64,000 nucleotides of DNA from Gordius albopunctatus (Eukaryota), in assembly GCA_964276515.1 (NCBI GenBank), contig OZ193910.1, forward strand, positions 5,580,001 to 5,644,000. The letters are read 5' to 3'. How positions within the stretch are numbered: position 1 is the stretch's first letter; the number at the start of each line of letters is the position of its first letter. Below, piece by piece: positions 38,701 to 53,300 of the stretch. The translations under genes and the position numbers were made by a program. The notes beneath the pieces are model-generated. The model was given only the letters and a program-made list of their open reading frames with translations. It was not told the DNA's origin and ran no database searches.

Positions 38701-41270
38701 TATTAATATTAAAACTACAAAAAGATTGCAGACAATGGTTAACCGACAAACTTGAAATGCACTTATATGAGCTATTATTCATACAGAATAATGCTTCGAG
38801 AGCACGAAGAAAATCATATTTAAAATGCGCACTAAATTGTTTTTAGCGTGAAGAAGCGTCTGAAGTTGTAAAACGATAGACCTTTTTACACCAGTAGAAA
38901 TTCCAAGGCGTGCATTTAATCCAATCTCATTATCTCCGATAAACTACATTTGTAAGAACTTATGTTGCTTATCTGGTATTGGAAGGAGGGACCCGGCTTT
39001 GTGGTAAATTTGGCCTTTTACTTTAAAGGTTGGCATGAATTGTGTTGTAATAATATCTGCGCCAAACGATGTCATTTGGAAGCTGGAGTTGTATTTCCTA
39101 ATGTTAGATAAATGTCTAGAATCCGCACTATAACCAGCAAGGAGAAATTTTAATGACTGGGGGTTTCTCCAAGTATAGGTAGTTTAACTTTTCCAGACGC
39201 GCAACACATGCCCTTCTTTTCTCCAGCAAATTTTATAGCATTGTAACAAGGACATACAACGACGGTCATAGTGGGGGGAATAATAACATGGCGCCTAATG
39301 GTTTTCTAATATCTTCATTTAGATACTCTAGATTTTAGGGTATGATGACATTACATTATTATATACGCTGTACTCTAAATTTTTTCTACATTGTCGAAAA
39401 TTATCAGTGACTTTTATACCAGTGGTTTATAATTTTTTGTCACCCAATTATGCATATTATAACTAAACATCGCACTTTTTAACCTATAAAATTATAAAAT
39501 ACCTAATCAATATTTAAACCGTGTGTAAATCTATTAAATCATTAATAAATATGCCTTTTCTATTATTAAACTATATAATAGCATTATATTTTTTCACATC
39601 ATAAACTCTCTTACAAATTAATTTGTACTAATTATTTAACTAATTAGGGACTAAGCCAAAGCAACATTGGCCGGGCTCAGCTATTTATCTATATAAATAA
39701 CATAAAAACTTCTACAATTTAAATACCAGCATGGCGTGAGTGGTTATAGCGAACGTCTTTTAAACAGAAGGTTCGAGTTCAATCCCGTGGCTCGACTAGT
39801 TTTTTTTAAAATTAAATTTTAATATTTATTGTTCTTGTTAATACCATTGATAATATGACTTTTTGACCTTCCGCTGACCAATGAAAAAAATTACCATTGG
39901 CTAAATTGTGATCGAAATTTTAATTTTCGTTTTTGAATTCTTTAACATTGATAATTACCCTATGCCCTCCCCTACAAGGGCTCATGCCTCTACTTAGATG
40001 GTTCCCTGTGCCCCCCCCCTACAAAAACCTATGCTTCTATTAATGTGGGTTCGAATCCCGGAGAGGGCAAAATTTTTATTTTTTTTAATTAAATTAATAT
40101 ATTGTTCTTGTTAATAACATTGATAATATGACTCTTTGGCCGTCTGCTGGCTACTGACCAATGGTAAAAATAACCATTGGCCAAATTGTGAATCGAAATT
40201 TTAATTTTTGTTCGCGTTGGAATTGGTTAACATTGATATTTACCCTATGCCCGCCAGTCCTATTATTATTCATTTAATACCCCCCCCCCCCCCCTTTAAG
40301 ACATTCTCACCCCTTCCCACCTTTCTCGCCCATAAATTGCATAGCAAATATGCTACGTCTATGCGGAGTATAGATGAGTTTTGTTCCCCCTTTCCTTCCC
40401 CCCTTACCATCACCCCTTCCCACAAGGGCCGAAGGCCCGTGTTTATATATTCATGGGTATATTATCTAGTAGTTTATCGAAGAAAAATAATTAGAGAATA
40501 TAAAATTTGATCTTAAGAATTTAATAGTTAATGAATCTTTTATGCCTGTATCCTTTCTTAAATTAAATTTAAAGATTAATAATTGAATTGTGCAAAAATT
40601 GCAAAAATGCTTAATATATATCTAATTTTTAGGATCACCTGCGGATAAAAGCAATTTGGAGATTGGAGACGAAGTATTAGAAATTAATGGGAAATCGCTG
40701 GATAATTGCACACACGATGAAGCAATATCTTATATTCATGAAGTATACATTTTTTAAATATAATGCATCTAAATATATAAGATATATTAATTTTATTATC
40801 TAATAACTTAAAATTATATGATTTAGAATAAAAACGATAGGTTTGATCGTTAAACGATGTTTACTTAATAAATAATACCTGAACTCTATGAAAAATTATA
40901 AGTAAATGCATGGGCGTAGGCAGGGGGGGGCAGGGGGGGGCGGCCGCCCCCCCCTGAATGAGAATTTTTCTATTTTTTAATGTAAATTTATGTAAAAATT
41001 GGAAAAAATTAGTGTTTCGCCCCCCCCTGATTGAAATTAAGTTTTATGTTGAAAATTTTATTTGACGACCTTTTGACGCAAATTTAAATTATATAAGAAT
41101 TAAATATTGAGATTAGTAGTTGCGTTTGTGTTAGTTCCTTCATACATCGTTTACATATCCTCTGTACACTGTACTGTTGATTAATAATGAGTTTTTATGT
41201 GGGTTGAGGCCAAAGAATAGCAAAATATTTTAATTACTAACGTAAATACCAAAAAATGTCTTGGCGGCGA

Positions 41271-41304
<34 letters not shown>

Positions 41305-44300
41305 CTCACTTAGTCTCGGCGATTTTTTTTGCTCGCCCCCCCCTGATCCGAAAGCTGGCTACGCCCATGAGTAAATGAATGCTTAATTTGTATTATGACA
41401 GGGTTAGTAAACAAAATCATGCCACCATATTCACTTTTAAAGGAAAAGAGGAAAATAAAGTTATTAGCCTTTTTGTTTAATACTAAAAATAGTTTTTGGG
41501 ACACGCAAATATTAAGTTTGGACAGCAAAACTTACAAACGGCCACTTAGACACTTAAATATGGGATCCATAGTTAATCATAACCTTTCACAGCAATAGAG
41601 TGTTTATAAAAAGAACATATCAGGGGAAAATAAATTAGATTTATTCATTAATTTCTATAGCTAAATTTAAATTTCTGTTAGATTAGTTGCATTTATTGCA
41701 TAAAGGAACTAGCGGGGTTTTGTTGTCATGTCTTTAGATTTTTTAATTTAATCAATATGTCCTTTTTTGTTTGCTATATGTTTAAATCTCTTCATTTCAA
41801 TAGGATGTTTATATTTTAGCAACTAATTAAATTATATAAAATTTATATTTTAAATAAAGCTATGTTGAAGGTTTTAGAAGATTTTTTTTAACACCCTCTA
41901 TCATTCCCATAGTAAATCTATGAAGAGTATGTTGAAGATGTCCCATAAAAAATTTCACTTATATTTATCAATTTAAGGGTATTTGCTCATAATTTTTTCA
42001 ACGAATTGTTCGATGACGGAAGTTTTTAAAGTCACCTAAAATTAAAATTTTAACTTAATCATTTTTAGATGACTATAAATTTAAGGAGTGTGGGAAAAAT
42101 AATAATATTAAAAGTAAATTAATATTTTTGTGAATCTCTATAATTTACCTAAATAAAGAACGCACTTCTGATACCAGATATTTTTGTGTACTAATGTACA
42201 AAGAAAATTTAATATAGTTTAATCTAATTTAGATTCTATATAAGTTTAAAAAATGTTAAAGATGTTTGGCATATAATTTTTGATTGAGACCATAATGAAT
42301 TAGCGTCATATATACTATTCTAATATTGATATTGGTACCTTCAAATATAACTTTCGCGAAATTGAAAGACTTATTTGAATTGCATTATTAAATTTATTTA
42401 AAATGTTAGTAATATTACGGTTTAAAAATATAGACCCTTAAGAGTTTTGTAAAAAAAGATCATTTGCCCTTAACACACTCATAGAACGAGTTCTCCTTTT
42501 GAAAAAGAAACCATAACTAATTCTCATACAAAAAACACATTGTAAATTTAATTATATTCTTATTTCCGTGACTGTTGTCAAAAGTTCCTGTTATTTATTT
42601 TATCAATTAAAAAAATTTTATTTATTAAGAAATTTGTGTAACCTATCGGGTTAGTTTTACTCTTCAATTATTGCGTTTAAAATGTAAGTGTTATATTTAA
42701 AATTTTTACTAAAATATATATAAATTATTTGTTTTACATATGGTATGTAAGTGACCAACACTTTTTATTTGTTTAAAAAGAAATAAAAATATTATGTATT
42801 TATAATAATTAATCTGTTAATTCCTATACTTATATTCAATATTACTGCATTTAAGTTATAGAAATATATTGATCGAGCTTTAATTTAGCTTTCAAAATCA
42901 GTTGATGGCGAAATTCCTAGGGCCTTTTGACACTTAGTTTTGTGCAAATAAAAGTGACATAATGTTTTTTATTTGCAAATTATGCACTGTTAAAGTAAAA
43001 ATCACGGAAAATTTATAAAATATTAAAGTTTTCAATACTATAAAATGGATAAATTTTAGAGAATACCAAAAGGATACTATATTTCTCACCCATTTTGAGT
43101 TGGTAGAAAGTTTACAATTTATTCAATATAAATAATTTGGATTCTCCGACATATGCAAACAAATAACTAAGCTCCCAACAACCATATATAATCTTGATCT
43201 GACACCAATTCAACGCACTTTGAGAGGGGGGCAATAATGATTTAGGGAGGAGTGAAATGATCATTTTCTGAAATTTTAGCCATAATTTTAATAAATTTCT
43301 ACAATTTTTTGGATTTAGAGGGACATCCGCCCCTCCGTGTCCCCCATCAGCTACGCCCATGCACATTGATATGCTTAGATTTATCGGTTCCTCCCAAAAA
43401 GAAGTTATTAGATTAGCGAAAATAGAGTTTCAAATATTTATTTTTATTCAATCCCAAAAAATTTAAGCTTTCCACCGAAGCATACATTAATTCATGTTCA
43501 TATAAAATACAGAATGACTTTATAGAATTAGATTCATATTTGTTGTCCAGCCCCACCCCTATGTGCCCTTAATTGTTCTAAGTAAATTATTAGTGGGAAA
43601 GGCACATTTAAAAACAATATGAATACTATCAAATTTTTTAGTGCCGTATAATATTTAAATAAAATTAATTCTTATACTTTATAAGCTATTGTAAATAGCA
43701 TATAAAACGGTGTGAATATTTAATTTAACTAGTTCTTATAAGTCATTTAATGGAACTGCATTGCTTTTATACAAAATATAACTGTTTTATTTTAAAATTA
43801 AGAACTTATTAATTAAAAAACAGAAATTAAAAACTCTTGCTTTTAATTAGCCTCATCAATAATTTAAACATATGATATTTTATTTAACGTGGTGAGTATT
43901 ATGCTATCATCTGTAAATCCACATTCGTTTACCTGATCAGCAAGGTAAGCGTAGCAAGTTTTAAATAACAAAACATTTATTCTCAAAGTATCTATAACAA
44001 AATTAGGTAAAACATTTTTGCCACAACTTTTAATGCAGTTCAAATTCTTAATTATTTGATTATTAATAGCAAAATTTATCAGTCAAAATGATTTACTCTG
44101 ATTTTTGTTATATTTCAATATATATATGCCTTTAAGATTTATTTATATCCTTTGACAGTGCTTAACCTACATAATTATGTTGATATAAAATTAACTAAAT
44201 AACAATTTTATTTAATTTATGAAAAGAAAATCATTCAAAAAACTTTCTTATTATATTAACTATGGCTCTGTAATAGCATTTTATTTCTTTCTGATTCTTT

Positions 44301-47300
44301 AAACTCTGTATAAGTAAACTAAAAATGTTAGAAAATTAAAATATAATAATTAGCCTAAGGCAATGCTAATTATAATTTATACATATATATAATTCCTTTA
44401 AATACAACCAGACTGCACTGAAAATTTTCATTATGAGTTAAATCTGTTAGGAGATGTATCATACTATGTGCAGCCCCTAAACTTTAAATACAACTAATAT
44501 TTGCACAACTTGTTAAGTTAGCTTGGGGACATTGTCACGTGTTAGATATACCAAGGTCTAATGTTATATTCCTATGGATGGGCATAGGCAGCATTGGAAT
44601 TAGAGGGGGGCAAAAATTATTTAGGGAGGGGCAAAATAGTCCATTTTTTAAATTTTAGCCATAATTTCAATAATTTTTTGGATTTAGAAGTGGGCAGCCG
44701 CCCCTCCCTGCCCCCCCCCCCCCGACTACGCCCATGTTCCTATGAGCCAAAGTTGTCTTTTGTAGGAAGATTGATCAAAATTGCTCGTTAGCCTTGTTTT
44801 ATTTTAATATTACCAGGGCGCATAAGGTCTTATTTAGTTTTAAAAATTAACACGCCTACCAATATAATTTAACATCTGGATCAACCTTCTTTTTATCGGT
44901 CTCGTAATTAGTGTTTACGACATTTATTTGAACGGTAAACATTTCATATAATAAATTATTGAATCGTATTCGTAGGTTAAAAGGTCAAAAACTTTCCGAT
45001 GTCGAATCGGACCAATTGAGTATAATTTTTTTTCACTAAACCAATCTGAGCTTTTATGCGGTAATTTCAGTAATATTTACTATGGGATTAAAAAAATAAA
45101 TTTTACAAAAATCACAACTCTTTTACATTTTGAATTTTCTCAAATCTCTTACAAAATAAAACCTTTAATTTTTGATTAAGGTTATAATTTCTTGCTAACT
45201 TCTATATTTTGCGATAACAAGATAAGGTTAAACATGTTTATTTTTAAGTTGCTTTTTCCAGTTGGCTTAGAATTATGTCTTCCCCAGTCTAAATCCTTAA
45301 TTTATGCCTTTTACAGTGTTTAAAAATTTCAACAACCTTAATTATCCTTTTCATCAACCACTTTTTGCCTGTATTCCATATCCACTTGAATGTTATGCGT
45401 GATATGTGTATATTGCTAGTTTCATGGGCTTAGTCGGGGTGGGGTTAATCCAAAAATTTGTGAAAATTTATCAAAATTATGGCTGAAAGTTCAAAAAATG
45501 ATTATTTTGCCCCCCCCTCTAATTGCAATGTTATCTACCCTCATGGCTAGTTTCATTTTCTTTGAATCCTCAACGTTGCTGGATCAAACCATCTAATCGC
45601 GCCCCAGCTTATAATTGTTGTGAGTGAGGAGGACTATGCATGCACCGAGCCGAGGCGACAAGTCACACTACGTAATACATCATTACGTGTCAGTAAACTC
45701 ATTCTGTTCCCCTCTTTCGATGCCTTAATAATAGGCGCGACGCCACTATGTTATTATTAACTACTACTGCTTTAGCCAAAAGGGTCTTTGTCCCTTTTAC
45801 CGTCCACTCTTATAACTTTGAAGTACACAAGTTTGAAGCATTGATTGATAATCAAAACTACCATGCGACAATTTAATAACGATTTAATGTTACTACTTCC
45901 CTTTCTTCAAGTACCATAGTTTTCTTTTAAAGCTATAATACCATGGGCGTTGCCAGGTTTGGAATTAATGAGCGGGGGGGGGCAATTATGATTTAGGGAG
46001 GGGCAAAATGAATTTTTTGAAATTTTAGCCCCATAATTTAATGAATTATTATTAAAAGATTTTTGAATTTAAAGAGCGCAGCCGCCCCTGTCACCCTCTG
46101 GCTGCGCACATTTTAAGTTTTGTTTTATAAATTAAAGCGTTTTAACACGAGGAGTTTAAAATTTTAGCCATGTGAGAGGACATTACACTAATATAAAGAT
46201 TGCATCCTCGAATTGTTAAAATATCTTTATTGAAACATACACCTAAGGTGTGAGATACTACAGTTAAATCTTGGCCCTTTTCAGCTCCGACTTCATAGTT
46301 TTCTGTCCCATTTTGCTCAAAATTTCATTGTTTAGTACACAGCGAGATGTGGTCGGTGTGTTCATTAAGCTTTCTTGCCACACAATTTTAGCTTTGTAAA
46401 TACATGTCCTACTCTAAATAAATGGTAATTCCCGAAAGTCATTAGCAATTAATATGAGACTTTGCCTGAGTGTGGCTTCTCTATTCACACTGTAGAAGGG
46501 ATAGATGTAAAAAGGAGTATGATCATTTTTCCAATTACAAATCTCACTTGAGACTAGAGCCCTGCACCGGTGACCCGAAACCCGACCCGACCCCACGTTC
46601 GGGTTTAAAATTTTAAAATACCTTCGGGTCGGGTCGGGTTGAAGGTTATAAATCTTATATTGCATAACAAACATATCTTTCAAATTAATGCTATTACATA
46701 TAAAACATTTTTTAATTAATATCGAAATGTATCATTAATTAATCTCATTCATTCATTTAATTGATTTCCTTGTAATTCACTTCTTATTTTTGTATCTGGC
46801 CAATTTCAAACTCTACATGGGTAAAATATATAATAACTATAATATTTATTATGGATCCACATAAATTACAGAAGCTGATTGACAATAAAATCTATAGAGG
46901 GGAAAAGAATTTGGTGCGTAAATCCAAGGTTTGGAATTGTAGACGCTATTATATTTACACATAATTATAATAATTCTCTCAAATAAATTTATTATTCAAA
47001 TTCGTGGCGTCAAATTGTTTCTCCAATTTATTTTGTCAAATCAATTTAAAATATTTAAAACGCTTTCGTGTCTGGTCGTTTTTGGGTTGAAAATTTTTTA
47101 AACGCTTTCGGGTCAGGTTCGGGTTGAAAAATTAAAAACGCTTTCGGGTCGGGTTGAAAAAATGTGACTTTTCAGGGCTCTACTTGAGACTTGAGAGCGA
47201 GTTCGTAGGCTTCTGTATACATGATGTTTCATAAGACAGACAACTATATTGTGTGAGTTGCGTTCTAAACATTTGTAAAAGAGGGGCAAGTAGGGCTGTC

Positions 47301-50300
47301 CCACCCCCCCCCCCTAATTTAAAATCCAAGATACATAGGTAATTTATCGTTACAATTTTCGAAATTTATCAATTCCCCGTCCCTAAAGCACTAGCAGCGC
47401 TATTTGCCCCCTCCCAATTCTGAATATGACAAATTATATGGTGTAACTAGAGAAATCAAACGGCATTTGTTTGCAGGTTTTGTTAGAGGTTTTCGGTGAA
47501 CACGAATATTTTTTAAATTTTTTTTTGCTTATACCCCAAGTTTTTGAAATATATGCTTGTTAATGTTGCTAAAAAACGATTTCGGTGTTTTTCAAACGTC
47601 GATAACTTGCAACTTGCACAAACACATAAGCCAACTTGACTAAGACCTTTGGAAGCACGCGATTTTAGCTTTATTGTAAGTGGTGTAACCACAACTAATG
47701 TCGCCTATTTATAAATAATTACACGAAGCGAGGGGGTCATTAAAGCTTCGGTAGATCATAAATATACCCCCTTCCCTGCCCCCCTTTCCCCTTCCTTTAA
47801 TTACCTGATTGTGGTAACACGGAAATAGTGGAATGCTAAACAGTTTTTATTTAGTTATAAAAGCTTTTTATAATTTATTATTACAGTGTTAGGCTTGCTT
47901 GCATCTTCGACATAGTTTAGATGCTGAGTAAACAGCAGTGTATCAAGAAGCATTTATTCTTAACGCACCCGACCCGAGGCTATTAGGCTTCCACTAACAT
48001 AAGATTGTACCTTTATAATTTTATATCAAATTTCAAAATATTTGCAAATTAGCCCAGAAAAGTTGGCAAATGAATACATATAGCAATTTCTTTTGTTGCT
48101 GTTTGATGTACAAAAAAATGTTGACATTTTATTTTGAACCTGGATTTTATCTATTGGGAAACCCGGGAATTTGGCTAAACATAAAAAATTGGAAAGATGT
48201 TTTTAACAGTTAATTTAATTTAACAATTTTTATTTTTTTAAATGACAATTGATTGATTTTAATTTTCAAACATTTCCATACATATAAAAATTCCGATATA
48301 ACCTTTGTAGTTGTCCCAAAAAATAGCGCCTCTTGCCCAGGTTAATAAATCGAATATAATTTTTCCTGACACTCATCACTCCATACAAATAATTAATAAA
48401 ATGTTATGATTTTTAAAATAACCACAGCCTCAAGGCAATAATTCGTGGTTGATATAGTTAATTTACTGCAAATATGTAATTTATAAAATATATTTGGCTT
48501 CGTGCCCCCCCCCCCAATGTTGCTTTCACCCTTGTTGTTACTAATGCTATCACTTTATTTCTTCACAATTTGCATCGATAGTGCATCAAGTCGAAAACGA
48601 TATGTCTCAAGGTTAAACGCAAATCCGACTCCGACGGTAAGCAAGCAAGCTCCATGCCGCACATTGTATTCTTTGTGTCTTGTTTTTTAATTGATTTTCG
48701 CCTTTTTCATGGCAAATCGCCGCACGCTCATGTCCTTTGCGCATTCCATCCAATCATTAATATATTTAGCATTTGCCGTCTAGTGTAATAGGTGATCATA
48801 ATTACTTCGAGTACGAGTTTTAGTTTTTAAATGGTTTAAGTTGATATTTTTTGTAATATAATGCATGGTGCTGAGGCACTAATTTATGAAGAAGGCAGTG
48901 TTTTAAAGTCTTATTTGTTACAAGATTTTATTTTTAGCTGAGTTAGAAATAGAAAAGGTAAACATTGTTTTTAGACAAATCGGTGTTGTAAATAATTTTA
49001 GCCCTAATTAGTATAATACCGAAAACGAATGATAAGTCGTTTAGCTCGTTAAGTTGGCTCATAGTTAATTTGGCACAAGATAATTTTATTCCTATCGCTC
49101 TAATGTTAGGATAGTTATTTTTTATATTAAAAGACTATACTAGCTCCCAAATTTTTACAGGTAAATAACTAGGTCCTATTTTCTTGCCAGCTAAATGAAA
49201 TATTATTGTCCAATTTTTTTTGAAGTATCTTTATCATGTTCTATATGATTTTATTACACTCCTCATAAGTTAGGGGAAAATCTTATAAAAACCATACATG
49301 CAGGCAAGTCGTGCAATCATATCTACCAATTTAACAAACATTTCTAGAAAACTTTTAAATTGTAGAAATTGAATGACGATAATAATAATATGATTAGAAA
49401 TCGATCCCCTCAACGATATAACGGACGCATATGCCATCGCAGTCGAAAACAGGGCTAAGGAGCGATTGGAAAAGTTGGCGGCCAAGCACAATTTTCACCC
49501 TCTCGACATGACGCAACTCATGGAACCCCAAACCCCTTCGGTGCCAGCCATATCAGGAAATGTAAATGGCGTCGCAACCACCATTGAAACCCCTAGCATA
49601 GACCTGAGTCCTCCCGTTTACGACACATACTACGACACTAAAGGAGCCACCACCCCGAGGCGAAAAAGCTCCTCCCCATCTCTATTGTTAGCTCGATTGC
49701 GAAATAGATCTTCTTCAATCGTGGCACCTTCCAACATTACAACTTCATCGGTCGACGCTGGTAATTTTTTATAGAAATTGATCAGGTTTGGAATCTGACA
49801 TTAAGTACCATTGCTCTGTCTAAAATCTGAAACATATTTTGCTGCGCGTCATTTTTATATTAAACCAAGGCGAAATTAGTTGAATAATGTAAAATGAAAT
49901 GAGCTCAAAGCACCTCTGATTAGTTTTCAGGTGGGGTAGAGACAATGGGCGTACTCCACATTGGAATTAAAAGAGGGCAATAATGATTGATTTCAACGTT
50001 TTTTTGGATTTAGAGGGGGGCAGCCGCCCCTCCCCCCTGTCTATGCCCATGGTTAGATAGTAGAGCCTATTAAAAATTAGTCGGCGCATCTGTTCATGAG
50101 GTGGTTTTAGTGACTATAATCTTTTCGCCATTCCTAGCTCCCACGGCAACGAGCATTTCAACTAGTCCTTCTAACGCAACGAACGACATGACAGAAGCGC
50201 GGGTGAAAAAGTATCAAAACGAACTTTCGCTCCGAGAGATGGAACGGGAAGCGGCTCAAAAGGAACGGGATTTTTTGCGTTCATCACTCCGCGGTTCTCA

Positions 50301-53300
50301 ACGCCTGCAAAATTTGGAAACTCCAACTACCACGAGCTCTGTCCTGGGCCATGCCAATCCCGCTTTTTCACCCTCCCCACCCCCAACACCTAAAAAGCGG
50401 CATCAAATTATTCCTGATGACCACGGCTCAACTTCAACTTCCTTGGGTAATTAATTTAAAGATCGCACTTTACCATGTGTCGGGTTGTGCAATAATTGAT
50501 AACCGTAGAAAAGACTTAGTTCACTTAAAGTAGCCTGTCTAATAAACTGTCGTTGACGAATTATCATTTCATACCGTAAAGTTTAAATTTATATGTATTG
50601 CATAAGGGAGTGTTTTTGTTAGGTTAACTAAGCTCTACGTTGGTCTTCCCATTCCGGCCCCTGATTTAAGGCACAACATTGAGGGTTTATGGGTAAAAAA
50701 TACAGGAGTGAATGATTGAATTGTTAAATACCTGAACCACGTTTCAGCGTTATTATTGTATTTAAACAACGCATATAAAGGCTGATAAAGTTTTTACGCT
50801 TCGACTAGGAGAGTTTATTAAGTTATAAATAGGTCTGATTGCCTATTTAATGTAACACGAGGATCAAAAATTGGAAAATGTGAGGGAATTCGACCTTCTT
50901 AAAATATGATAATTCATTGAAAGATGACTTAGTATATCTCTGGATTTTTTACGGTTAATTAAAAAAATTTTAGGTGATAATTTCTCCGGTGGATTTGTAT
51001 TTTTTGCACAATTAGTCCAGCAAACTAATGTTATTAAATTGAGCCAGGCTAGGCCAGGCCTTTGCATTATTAAGAATGTAAGGATGAAGGTTGGTTGGCA
51101 GGAAAGGGTAAGTGTAAAAAATTGTGAAAATTAACTAAGTCTACACCTTTCGCATTTCATAAAGTGTGGGGGAATGAACACACTTGACATTTTTCGGTGC
51201 GTATTATTCGATGATGCGAGGTGAAACGAAGCGAATAGAGGAGAGCAGGTAGGTGAGGGGCAAAATATGCATGTGAAATGCGCGATGGCATTGCCCCGAG
51301 CAATTAATGCTCCCTCGACACTACAGTACAGTCAGTCTTATGATGGTACGCCCTTCCCCATTACCTTCTTCCATACGCTTTTTAAATTATGATTGGCGTG
51401 AAAGGAGTGGATGTATGGTGTGAACTGCGCAATGTGGTGTGAGAATGAAAAGTAAATTTACCATCAAGGATTTGGGGAGGAGAATATTGTTTCGACGAGC
51501 AGCGTCCATATAATTTCGATATATGCGTTTACATCCAACGTTTAAACTAAAATAATTTGTATTAACACTCCTTGATGGCTTAGTAATTTAAAGCGTTGCG
51601 AAGGCAATATAAATACAATTGTCCACTTAAGAATTCTAAATTTTTATATCACAAGAATCACTTAATTTTCAAATTACAAATATAAATAACCGCACATTAA
51701 ATAATGCCTTAATTAACGCTTGTTTATGCGGGCCACCTTAGAATCCTAAAAATTTAATTTAACCTCACAACTAAGTTTAGTGTCAAACTTCGACTTAAAA
51801 AACGGTATAAACTCTAACTTGTATCAAACTTTAGACCTCAAATAATAAAGCTTAAATACAATACAACTAATAATTACTAGTCAAAATAATTTTGTCGATG
51901 GTGTGTATAAGTAATATATTTTAATCATCAGAGACGTGGGCCTAGCCGGGGGGGGGATCCAAAAATTTGTTTGCCCTCCTCTAATCCCAATGCTGGCTAC
52001 GCCCATGATGAGAGACCTTTGTCCTTTAATTTTACAATCTTCAATTAATCTGAAGAAAACTTCAAATGTGCGTTAATATTGGCTCTCTGTAGATATTGAC
52101 GACATCCTACGCAAAATGGACAAGCTTTTGTCTGTTCCCGCATCTGCCCTCTCTAGCTCTTCCGAAATGACGGCTGAGGATATTGCCAATATCAACGTTG
52201 TTCGGGATTTTTTGCGTGATCCTAACCTGAAAGACAGTTTAGACATATACGCCACGGTTGATAGATGCCTGAAAGATGGGATGCTCCTGGCTCAACCACC
52301 TCTCGCAACCTCATCATCATCATCAATAACTACGCCTTCTCCAGATCAGGCTTCCTTGCTCCGTTTAGTCACACAAGTAGATATTTTTGTATTACGCTCT
52401 GCCTTCTCATCTTTTTTAAATTGAGACTTTAGTTTGGAGGTATTTTGGTGTAATGGAAAACATGTTTGTTCAGCTGCTCTATGAATTTTAAGGGATTTTT
52501 TAGGGGGATACGCATCCCCTCTCGCTAAATTGCTTGCGACGTGAAAATCTTTTGCAAAATATAAAAGAATAAAAAAAATAGCCATAGTGTTTATCCTTAT
52601 AAATAATTTTTTATTATTCAAGTGATTAAAATCTAAGCATATTCATTTTCAATAATCAAAACACCCCGAGATAGATAGAAGCTATCTAGCTAGCTTATTC
52701 GAGTAAATAAAAAGAGGTTTATCAAGCGGCGACCAAGTTATCAATGAGAATCTGTTTTAAACAGCAATAGGTACTTTATCATCTTCAAATATATTTTAAG
52801 GGCTAATAAATTTGAAATCCCTCCTCATAATGTTTAAAGTGGGCACCAAATTTAATAAGAAATATCGTAATCTATTCATTTACCAAATTTTATAAATTTC
52901 AAAAAATAAGGTTACACAACGCTTAAACGCTTCACCCGGTCCTTCATACGCGTTACCTACTATGCCTGGACTTGGTCCAACCAAAGTATCCCACTTCACT
53001 GAATTCTTCCAAGAACCCCTCATCTTTAACTTGATCCTTGCTTACGACGAGGTGTCGCAACTCTTGGCCCCCAATTCAGGACGCCACCCCGTTAAAAGTG
53101 ACAAAATAAGCAATGGGGAGTTATTGTCGACCCCTCTCCCCAAAAATGATTCCGAAAAGGCTGACACGATAGCGGGTGAGCAAACGGGTGCGGTGTCGAA
53201 GGCTAAATATTACTTAGATCACACATTCCAGCAATACCCGGAAAACAATATCAAAATTGTTAAAATTGAAAAGGGCCCAGATCCATTGGTAAGTCATCCC

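Larger units (their letters stand above)
36191..40445 (+). mobile_element. Second HINE copy, interrupted by a Helitron (and probably by a MITE at ~37240-37780)
   Basis: TTGCTATGCAATTTATGGGC start, a CCGTCCGTCGTCC microsatellite, the same tandem units, then GCCCATAAATTGCATAGCAA and GGGCCGAAGGCCC at the end. Confidence 0.72.

Noticed and set aside
51150..51520. GC-richer intronic block with ATG...AG|GTAGGT as an alternative first exon
   Set aside because: The phase-2 donor is incompatible with the phase-1 acceptor at 52093. It may be regulatory but nothing specific is supported.
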